This document shows positions 8,880 through 16,805 of a stretch of DNA of 32,000 nucleotides, in pieces. A program made the position numbers and the translations under genes. The notes beneath the pieces were generated by a model. That model was given only the letters and a program-made list of their open reading frames with translations, did no database searches and was not told the DNA's origin. This DNA comes from Propionibacterium ruminifibrarum. Its GTDB lineage: Bacteria; Actinomycetota; Actinomycetes; Propionibacteriales; Propionibacteriaceae. Location of the stretch: positions 388,706 through 420,705 of the forward strand of contig NZ_OMOH01000001.1 of assembly GCF_900289195.1 (NCBI RefSeq). The letters run 5' to 3'. How positions within the stretch are numbered: position 1 is the stretch's first letter; each line of letters starts with the position of its first letter.

Positions 8880-10041
8880 CTGCCCCGAAGTGACTCGACC
8901 ATGCCCGGACGGCCGATTCCAACACCTCTAGCTTGCGAGTTGGATCAGCAGCTGGTGATGGACGTCGGCTTTCCCCTTGGTGACATATTGAATGTCCTCC
9001 AATCCTCCGATGGCCAGTCCCGGCGCGAAGAAGTAGATCTCATCCGCAGCCAAGGAGCCGCACTTCTTCCTTGCACTGTCGAACAGGCTCCTCCTGAGGA
9101 CTTCTTCCTCCACCTCGGGATCCAGCAGATAGGTCAGAAACTCACTGATCGTGTACGCCGGAACGGTTGCCCTGCGGTAGTGGATGTCCAACAGCGAGAC
9201 ATCGTAAATCCCACCACCCAGATTACGGAAATAGAAAAGGTCCCCGAAGCCGGTCATCATGAATGGAATCCTCGACGAGTCCCTGCCCCCGATCCATGAG
9301 TACAGGATCTCCGCGTATTCCTCTGGATCTATCAACTTGAGGATGCCGTCCCCATAATTTCCAAGGCCATGTCGTTTGATGAAGTCAAGCAATCCGTCCG
9401 GGAGCCCTGCATTCTCACATGCCTGTATTGCACGCTCTGAGGGCTCCACCAGGTCACCCGAGGGCTGGTACTTCTCGAGGAACGCCTCCCACATTTCTTC
9501 CGAGGGTGGCTTGTCAATGCTGACGAGTGCCTCCAGGACCTCCTCCGGAAGTGAGTTCTCGGCATTCCTCTTGGATTTGTCAGAAAGTCCCATGAATCTT
9601 CACCTCAACGTTTCTTTTTGTCGCCACCCAACGATGGTCACACAAAAAATTTACCCGGACAGGATTGTTGCCGTTTTCACCCGATTACCCCGAGAAAGGG
9701 TCCTGTCGTGGAGATGACTGGGTCAGCATTAACTCGTCAGCCTCCGGGGGCGGCCAGCACGAGTGCCATCATACATCAGATTTCCCGGAAGGCGCAACGA
9801 CCGACTCTCTTACCCGATCCCCATCGAAATACACTCCCCTCCCCACGAGAACGGACGGACTCCGGCAACAATCCAGGGCGTGAGGTCAACCCGCAATTTC
9901 TTGAAGATGCCAGACAAAGACGCAGCCAGAAGAACCATGGCGTGGGGTTTTGAGCAAACCTCCACTTGCCGGCTCGGCCGCCGGCAACAGATACTCATCA
10001 CACTCAACCGTCAGGCACAGAAATCAGGGGTTGTGAACTCC
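8880..10041. mobile_element. Low-GC islet (possible genomic-islet remnant) abutting the 3' end of tRNA-Met
   Basis: Hand-counted 60-nt samples inside give 47-62% G+C, against 77% in a sample just beyond the tRNA (10201-10260). It contains one A/T-ending-codon gene and about 450 nt without a credible ORF. It ends exactly at the tRNA 3' CCA. No integrase seen. Confidence 0.4.
8928..9593 (-). CDS. GAD-like / DUF1851 (Tdi1-type polymorphic-toxin immunity) family protein
   Basis: 221-aa ORF with a GAGGTG Shine-Dalgarno 7 nt upstream of the ATG. Recalled family landmarks are present: LPDGLLDFIKRHGLGNYGDGILKLIDPEEYAEILYSWIGG, TGFGDLFYF, LFDSARKKCGSLAADEIYFFAPGLAIGG and a C-terminal HHQLLIQLA. The family assignment is from memory, not from a search. 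Confidence 0.6.
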   Translation of the reverse strand: MGLSDKSKRNAENSLPEEVLEALVSIDKPPSEEMWEAFLEKYQPSGDLVEPSERAIQACENAGLPDGLLDFIKRHGLGNYGDGILKLIDPEEYAEILYSWIGGRDSSRIPFMMTGFGDLFYFRNLGGGIYDVSLLDIHYRRATVPAYTISEFLTYLLDPEVEEEVLRRSLFDSARKKCGSLAADEIYFFAPGLAIGGLEDIQYVTKGKADVHHQLLIQLAS

Positions 10042-10118
10042 TGGTGGGGCGTGTGGGGCTCGAACCCACGACCCAGGGATTATGAGTCCCCTGCTCTGAC
10101 CTGCTGAGCTAACGCCCC
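10042..10118 (-). tRNA. tRNA-Met (anticodon CAU), elongator type; tRNA-Ile2 (lysidine) not excluded
   Basis: The reverse complement GGGGCGTTAGCTCAGCAGGTCAGAGCAGGGGACTCATAATCCCTGGGTCGTGGGTTCGAGCCCCACACGCCCCACCA folds as a 77-nt cloverleaf. It has a 7-bp acceptor stem with a G1-C72 pair (so not an initiator), anticodon loop CTCATAA, T-loop TTCGAGC and an encoded CCA. Confidence 0.9.
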
Positions 10119-10165
10119 CTGCCCGGCTCGGTGCCAGACTCCTCACAGGCTAGCCGATGAACTGC

Positions 10166-11038
10166 TCAGCGCGGGCACAGCCCATCGACCAGAGCGCCGA
10201 GCCATGCGGCGATCCCGGCCGGGCCGTCGCACAGCACGTCGGCGCGTTCGGCGAGTTCGGGCACCTCCGCCGAACCGGAGACGACCACCGCGCCCGGGTG
10301 CTCCTCGTCGCGCCAGGCCCGCACCGCGTCGAAGGCCGCGATGTCGCCTCTGTCGTCCCCGCAGAAGGCGAGTGCGGCGGGGTCCAGTCCGGCCACGAGT
10401 TCACGCACCACGTCGCCCTTCGTCAGGGCGCTGGCGCGCAGCTCGATGACGTCGCGCCCCGGTTCGACACCCAGACGGAGTTCGCTCGCCAGGGCACGCA
10501 GCCCCGGTTCGAGCGCGGCGAGCGCGGCATCGGGGTCGGTGCACGAGCGGGTGTGCACGCCGATCGCCAGGCCCTTGTCCTCCAGCCGCACCCCCTCGAC
10601 CTGGCGGCCCGCGGCCGCCGCGCGGTCGACGAGTTCGGGGATCCGGCGCCTCGCCGCCCGCACGGCCTCGGGAACGGGGGGTACGGTGACCTCGCCGGTG
10701 GCGCCGTCCCAGCGCTCCGCGCCGTACTGGCCGAAGATGCGCAGCCGCTTGGCGTGCGCAAGACGGTCGAGGCCGCCCAGGTCGAGCACCGTGCGCACGG
10801 GGCGGCCGGTGACGACGGCGACGCACCGGATCCGCCCGGCCAGGGCGTCCACGGCGTCCAGGGCGGCGGGCAGGGGCCGGGCGTCCTCGGGCCGTTCGAC
10901 GATCGGTGCCAGCGTGCCGTCGAAGTCGAGGCAGACCACGGCCCGTTCGGGCCTGTCGATGACCGCCTGCTGGACGCTCCGGGCCCAGCGTGTCATGGGC
11001 CGCGCGGCCGGGTGCTGCGGGACGTGTGAACTGCTCAT
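10166..11038 (-). CDS. otsB: Trehalose-6-phosphate phosphatase (HAD superfamily)
   Basis: HAD motif I LDFDGTLAP, then VVTGRP, and a late GDDRGD motif. Start at ATG 11038 (MSSSHV...); ATG 10996 is the alternative. The longer ORF-track start at 11188 would overlap otsA. Confidence 0.85.
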   Translation of the reverse strand: MSSSHVPQHPAARPMTRWARSVQQAVIDRPERAVVCLDFDGTLAPIVERPEDARPLPAALDAVDALAGRIRCVAVVTGRPVRTVLDLGGLDRLAHAKRLRIFGQYGAERWDGATGEVTVPPVPEAVRAARRRIPELVDRAAAAGRQVEGVRLEDKGLAIGVHTRSCTDPDAALAALEPGLRALASELRLGVEPGRDVIELRASALTKGDVVRELVAGLDPAALAFCGDDRGDIAAFDAVRAWRDEEHPGAVVVSGSAEVPELAERADVLCDGPAGIAAWLGALVDGLCPR

Positions 11039-11130
11039 GGGTTCACTGTGCCAGAAGGCGTGCACACCCGGCGCGGACCCGCCTTGGTAGCCTTGAGGAA
11101 AATCAGTCGAAGTCAAGGGGGTCTTCGCCC

Positions 11131-12615
<1,485 letters not shown>

Positions 12616-12630
12616 CTGCTGAACGCCCCG

Positions 12631-12659
12631 GGGAGGCAGTTGCACGATTCCGGCCTCCC
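12631..12659 (+). terminator. Hairpin 16 nt after the otsA stop (possible terminator)
   Basis: GGGAGGC (12631-12637) and GCCTCCC (12653-12659) form a 7-bp stem with a 15-nt loop. No U-tract follows. Confidence 0.3.
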
Positions 12660-12711
12660 AGGCGGACCGAACCGGCTCCATGCTGGATTCTTCCCGCGCG
12701 TGTACTAGGGT

Positions 12712-12885
12712 CTACGGGGTCAGCCGGCCACGGCTGATGCCGCGTTCTCAGCGAAGCCGGTGCGAATCCGGCGCTGTCCCGCAACGGTGATGGGGCCATG
12801 GGCCCCGAGCCCGGTCGCCTGAACGTGGCGGTAATCGGCTCCCGGTTGAGGAGAACGGCCCCGGCCGTGTCCCCTTGACCCCATT
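12712..12885 (+). promoter_or_regulatory. Cobalamin (B12) riboswitch
   Basis: The conserved core reads on the + strand: TCAGCCG-gcca-CGGCTGA hairpin, then AGCGAAGCCGGTGCGAATCCGGCGCTGTCCCGCAACGGTGA, a GGGGCC-atg-GGCCCC hairpin and a B12-box-like GAGCCCGGTCGCCTG. Boundaries are approximate and no covariance-model search was run. Confidence 0.8.
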
Positions 12886-13040
12886 CGGTGAAGGACGGCC
12901 CGGTGATCGGCTCTCGCTCCTGCGGTGCGGCTGCACTCCGCGCGCCGTCCGCCCTCGGTCCAGGCGCCGGGGAATCCTCCACGGCCGACGGGCGGTCCCT
13001 GCCGGTGGCCCCCTCGGGGCGGCCTCTGCCGGCGAATCCC

Positions 13041-13622
13041 TCAGGCGGGCAGCTTCTGCTGCCCGGGCATCCAGGTCAGGTAGGCCACCTGGCCGTGACG
13101 CAGCCGGTCCCAGCGCACCCGGCGGTGGCCCAGCCCGCCGAGCATCGACGTGAAGCAGCAGCCCATGTCGGAGTGGCCGACGACGATGACACGGCTGTTC
13201 ACGCCGGCGGCGACCTGTCCGAGGAAGACACGAAGGCGGGCGTAGACGTCGACGACCGACTCGCCGCCGCCCCAGCGCACCTCGGTGACGTCCAGGCCCG
13301 GCGGGGTGGACTCGGCGGCGAGCTCTCCCGCCTCGGCGCCGTCGAGGCGACCGTGATTCTGCTCGCGCAGCAGGGCCGTGGTCTTCACCGGCAGGCCGGT
13401 GACGAGGGCGATCTGCTCGGCGGTGCGGCGGGCGCGCACCATGTCGGAACTCCACAGGGCGTCGGCGCCCCAGCCCGCGAGCTGCCTGGCGGCGGCCTTG
13501 GCCTGCGCGCGGCCGCGCGCGGTGAGATCGGGGTTCATCTGCCCGCCGAGGACGCGCCCTCCGAGGTTCCCCTCGGACTCCCCGTGACGCACCAGTGCGA
13601 ATTCGATACGGGCCTGCCTCAT
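13041..13622 (-). CDS. Histidine phosphatase family protein (candidate alpha-ribazole-5'-phosphate phosphatase, CobC-like, by context)
   Basis: FALVRHGESEGN (the RHG catalytic motif) sits near the N-terminus and VVGHSD lies later; 193 aa. The CobC-like role is inferred only from adjacency to the cob operon. Confidence 0.85.
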   Translation of the reverse strand: MRQARIEFALVRHGESEGNLGGRVLGGQMNPDLTARGRAQAKAAARQLAGWGADALWSSDMVRARRTAEQIALVTGLPVKTTALLREQNHGRLDGAEAGELAAESTPPGLDVTEVRWGGGESVVDVYARLRVFLGQVAAGVNSRVIVVGHSDMGCCFTSMLGGLGHRRVRWDRLRHGQVAYLTWMPGQQKLPA

Positions 13623-13660
13623 GTCAGCAGACTAGTGGGGGCCGGACGATCATGAGGCAG
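13614..13660. repeat. Perfect 10-bp inverted repeat spanning both divergent start codons
   Basis: CTGCCTCATG (13614-13623) and CATGAGGCAG (13651-13660) are exact reverse complements separated by 27 nt. Each arm contains an ATG plus the next two codons, so both genes begin ATG AGG CAG (MRQ). Confidence 0.6.
13629..13634 (-). promoter_or_regulatory. Candidate -10 hexamer for a leaderless phosphatase transcript
   Basis: The minus strand reads TAGTCT (fits TANNNT), followed by 6 nt (gctgac) and then the ATG. This is the -12 to -7 geometry expected for actinobacterial leaderless mRNAs. Confidence 0.35.
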
Positions 13661-14704
13661 CGCATACACCCCAGCGGGCACGTGGCCGGTCACCCGGGTC
13701 GCACGACCGAAGGACTGGGCAGGGGCCTGGGTCTCGTCGCCGGGCTGCTCGCGGACCGTGTTCTGCTCGACCCGCCGAACGCCGCCCACCCGGTGGCCTG
13801 GTTCGGCCGGTGGGCCGGCTGGTTGGAGCAACGCATGTGGGCCGACACGGCGCCCCGCGGCGCCGCCTACTGCCTCATCGCCGGCGCCCCCGCCGCGGCC
13901 GCCGGACTCTTGCTGGAGGCGGCCGGGCGGCGCGGCCTCGTCGCACGCATCGTCACCACGGGTGCCGCCACGTGGGTGGTGCTCGGCGCCGGCTCGCTGG
14001 CCCGCGAGGGCCTCACGATGGCCGACCAGCTCGTCTACGGCGACCTCGACGGCGCCCGCGAGCAGCTCCCGCACCTGTGCGGGCGACTCGCGGCCGGGCT
14101 GGACGAACCGGAGCTGGCCCGCGCCACCGTCGAGTCGATGGCCGAGAACACCGCCGACTCGGCCGTCGCCTCACTGTTCTGGGGCGCCGTCGGCGGCGTC
14201 CCGGCGATGCTCGTTCACCGTGCCGTCAACACGCTCGACGCCATGGTCGGCCACCACAACGAACGCTACGAGCACTTCGGCGCCTTCTCGGCCCGACTCG
14301 ACGACGCCCTCGACCTGGTGCCGGCGCGCGTCACCGGCGCCCTGGCCTGCGCGCTCGCACCCGCCGTCGGCGGCAGCGCCCCGCGCGCCGCACGCATCAT
14401 GGTCCGTGACGCCACCAACCACCCCAGCCCGAACGGCGGGTGGTGCGAGGCGGCCTGGGCCGGCGCGCTCGGCGTCCAGCTGGGCGGGCGCAACGTCTAC
14501 CCGGGCGGGCGCGTCGAGCACCGGGGGCTGCTCGGCGAGGGCCCACGGCCCGATGGCGCCGCGGTGCGCGCGGCCAGCAGGCTCGTCCTCCTGGTCAGCG
14601 GGGCCGCCGGCGCGCTGGCCGGGCTCGGGGCGCTCGCCGCCTGCCGGGCCCGGCCCCCACGGACACGCCGTCGTGGTGCACGCCACCGGAAAGGACAACC
14701 ATGA
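13652..14704 (+). CDS. cbiB: Adenosylcobinamide-phosphate synthase (CbiB/CobD)
   Basis: HPVAWFGRWAGWLE and HPSPNGGWCEAAWAGALGVQLGG are CbiB landmarks, and the protein is multi-pass hydrophobic. Start at ATG 13652 (MRQRIHPS); the ORF-track start at 13595 would overlap the divergent gene. Confidence 0.85.
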   Translation: MRQRIHPSGHVAGHPGRTTEGLGRGLGLVAGLLADRVLLDPPNAAHPVAWFGRWAGWLEQRMWADTAPRGAAYCLIAGAPAAAAGLLLEAAGRRGLVARIVTTGAATWVVLGAGSLAREGLTMADQLVYGDLDGAREQLPHLCGRLAAGLDEPELARATVESMAENTADSAVASLFWGAVGGVPAMLVHRAVNTLDAMVGHHNERYEHFGAFSARLDDALDLVPARVTGALACALAPAVGGSAPRAARIMVRDATNHPSPNGGWCEAAWAGALGVQLGGRNVYPGGRVEHRGLLGEGPRPDGAAVRAASRLVLLVSGAAGALAGLGALAACRARPPRTRRRGARHRKGQP

Positions 14705-16149
14705 GTGGCCTCCTCATGACCGGGACGAGTTCGGATGCGGGCAAGTCCGCCCTCGTCACGGGCCTGTGCCGGATAGCGGCCCGGCGCGGCATCGACGTCG
14801 TCCCCTTCAAGGCGCAGAACATGTCGAACAACTCGATGGTCTGTCCCGACGGCGCCGAGATCGGACGCGCCCAGTACCTCCAGGCCACCGCCGCCGGGGT
14901 CGTCCCCGCCGCCGGCATGAACCCCGTCCTGCTCAAGCCGGGCACCGACCGCCGCAGCTTCATCGTCCTCATGGGCTCGCCGGCCGGTGAACTCGACGCC
15001 GGGGAGTACGCCACCGGACGCCGCCGGCTCGCCGAGGCGGCCTTCGACGCCTACGCGGCCCTGGCTGCCGAGCACGACCTGGTGATCTGCGAGGGCGCCG
15101 GCAGCCCGGCCGAGATCAACCTGCGCTCCGGTGACTACGTCAACATGGGCCTGGCCAGGCGCTTCAACCTGCCCACCGTCATCATCGGCGACATCGACCG
15201 CGGCGGCGTGCTCGCCAGCCTGTACGGCACCTGGGCACTGCTGGACGAGCCCGACCGGGCGCTGCTGCGCGGCTACGTCATCAACAAGTTCCGCGGTGAC
15301 GCCTCGGTCCTCGCCCCCGGCCTGGCCGAGATCAGCGCGCGCACCGGCATGACCGGCTACGGCGTGCTGCCCTGGCTCGCGGGCGTGTGGATCGACGGCG
15401 AGGACGCCCTGAACGTCGACCGCTGGGCCCGCGAGGAGGACCGGGACCGTGCTGGTCTGCGGGTCGCGGCCATCCGGCTGCCGCGCATCTCGAATGCCAC
15501 CGACGTCGAGGCGCTGGCCGCCGAACCCGGCGTGGACGTGCAGGTGACCGATGACCCGTCCGTGGCAGAGCGGGCCGACCTGCTCGTCCTGCCCGGCTCC
15601 CGCTCCACCGTCAGCGACCTCGCCTGGCTGAACGAGCGCGGCCTCGGGCAGATCATCGCCCACCGCCACGCGCAGGGCCGCCCGGTGCTGGGCATCTGCG
15701 GCGGCTACGAGATGCTCGCCCAGCGGATGGACGACGAGATCGAGTCGGGGGCCGGCGTCGTGCCCGGCCTGGGACTGCTGCCGGTGCGCGTGCGGTTCGA
15801 CGGCGACAAGACCGTCCGCGTCGCCACCTACACCTACCGGGGAATGGACGTCACCGGCTACGAGATCCACCACGGCCTCTGCGAGGTCACCGGCGGCGAG
15901 CCCTTCCTCGACGGCGTGCGCAGCGCCAACACCTGGGGGACCATGCTGCACGGCAGCCTCGAGAACGACGCCTTCCGGCGCGCCCTCCTGTCCGAGGTCG
16001 CCGCCGCCACCGGCTCGGGGTGGACGCCGGACGAGAACGCCCCGGGATACGCGCGCCGCCGAGAGCAGATGATCGAGACGCTGGCCGACGCGATGGAGGA
16101 GCACCTCGACATCGACGCCCTGCTGGCGCTGGCCGAGGAGCACGCATGA
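14701..16149 (+). CDS. cobQ: Cobyric acid synthase (CobQ/CbiP)
   Basis: MSGLLMTGTSSDAGKS P-loop N-terminus and a C-terminal glutamine amidotransferase motif GICGGYEML. The ATG overlaps the cbiB TGA (ATGA at 14701-14704). Confidence 0.9.
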   Translation: MSGLLMTGTSSDAGKSALVTGLCRIAARRGIDVVPFKAQNMSNNSMVCPDGAEIGRAQYLQATAAGVVPAAGMNPVLLKPGTDRRSFIVLMGSPAGELDAGEYATGRRRLAEAAFDAYAALAAEHDLVICEGAGSPAEINLRSGDYVNMGLARRFNLPTVIIGDIDRGGVLASLYGTWALLDEPDRALLRGYVINKFRGDASVLAPGLAEISARTGMTGYGVLPWLAGVWIDGEDALNVDRWAREEDRDRAGLRVAAIRLPRISNATDVEALAAEPGVDVQVTDDPSVAERADLLVLPGSRSTVSDLAWLNERGLGQIIAHRHAQGRPVLGICGGYEMLAQRMDDEIESGAGVVPGLGLLPVRVRFDGDKTVRVATYTYRGMDVTGYEIHHGLCEVTGGEPFLDGVRSANTWGTMLHGSLENDAFRRALLSEVAAATGSGWTPDENAPGYARRREQMIETLADAMEEHLDIDALLALAEEHA

Positions 16150-16805
16150 CGAGTGACCGCCCCGAACTGAACCGCACCGTCGCCGATCCAGGGATCACCA
16201 CGGCGGACGCCGCCGCCGGGCACGCCGCGGCACCGAGCACCGCCCGGCTGCGCCGCAAGGCCCGGCTCATCGTCAACACCGGCGACGGGAAGGGCAAGTC
16301 CACCGCCGCCTTCGGCATGGGCCTGCGCGGCTGGGCGCACGGCTGGTCGATCGGCGTCTTCCAGTTCGTGAAGTCCGGCAAGTGGCCCGCCGGTGAACGG
16401 CTCGCCTACGAACGGCTGGGCGCCCTGCACGAGGCGGAGGGTGTCGGTGGGGCCGTCGAGTGGCAGTGCTTCGGCCAGGGCTGGAGCTGGCTGCGGGGCA
16501 CCGACCCGGCCGACGACGAGGCCATGGCACAAGCCGGCTGGGCGCACGTGAGCGCCCTCATCGAGGCCCAGACGCACGACCTGTACATCCTCGACGAGTT
16601 CACCCACGTCCTGGCCAGGGGGTGGGTCGACCCCCAGGAGGCGGCACGCCTCCTCGCCGGCCGGCCCGGCGTGCAGCACGTGGTCATCACCGGGCGCGGC
16701 TGCCCGCAGCCGATCATCGACGTGGCCGACCTCGTCACATCCATGGACAAGATCAAACACCCCTTCGACAAGGGGGAACGTGGTCAGGTGGGGATCGAGT
16801 GGTGA
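16146..16805 (+). CDS. cobO: Cob(I)yrinic acid a,c-diamide adenosyltransferase (CobO/CobA/BtuR)
   Basis: TGDGKGKSTAAFG P-loop, ILDEF, and the KHPFDKG...GIEW C-terminus. ATGA overlap with the cobQ stop (16146-16149). Confidence 0.9.
   Translation: MTSDRPELNRTVADPGITTADAAAGHAAAPSTARLRRKARLIVNTGDGKGKSTAAFGMGLRGWAHGWSIGVFQFVKSGKWPAGERLAYERLGALHEAEGVGGAVEWQCFGQGWSWLRGTDPADDEAMAQAGWAHVSALIEAQTHDLYILDEFTHVLARGWVDPQEAARLLAGRPGVQHVVITGRGCPQPIIDVADLVTSMDKIKHPFDKGERGQVGIEW

Noticed and set aside
8851-8912. Possible att-like direct repeat of the tRNA-Met 3' half at the far edge of the low-GC islet (ctggtgg at 8851-8857 versus 10041-10047; ctcgaccatgcccgg versus ctcgaacccacgacccagg)
   Set aside because: Only 7 nt match exactly and the remaining similarity needs several gaps. 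In GC-rich DNA I cannot distinguish this from chance by eye. A proper local alignment, or comparison with an empty site in a related strain, would be needed.
8901-9299. 132-aa + strand ORF inside the islet as a possible partner (toxin) gene
   Set aside because: It is fully antisense to the motif-supported immunity-family gene. It has no ribosome-binding site and no recognisable domain.
12888-13655. 255-aa + strand ORF starting just after the riboswitch, a tempting 'riboswitch-regulated gene'
   Set aside because: It is the exact antisense of the histidine-phosphatase gene, which carries a clear RHG catalytic motif. Its own translation is low-complexity with no motifs.
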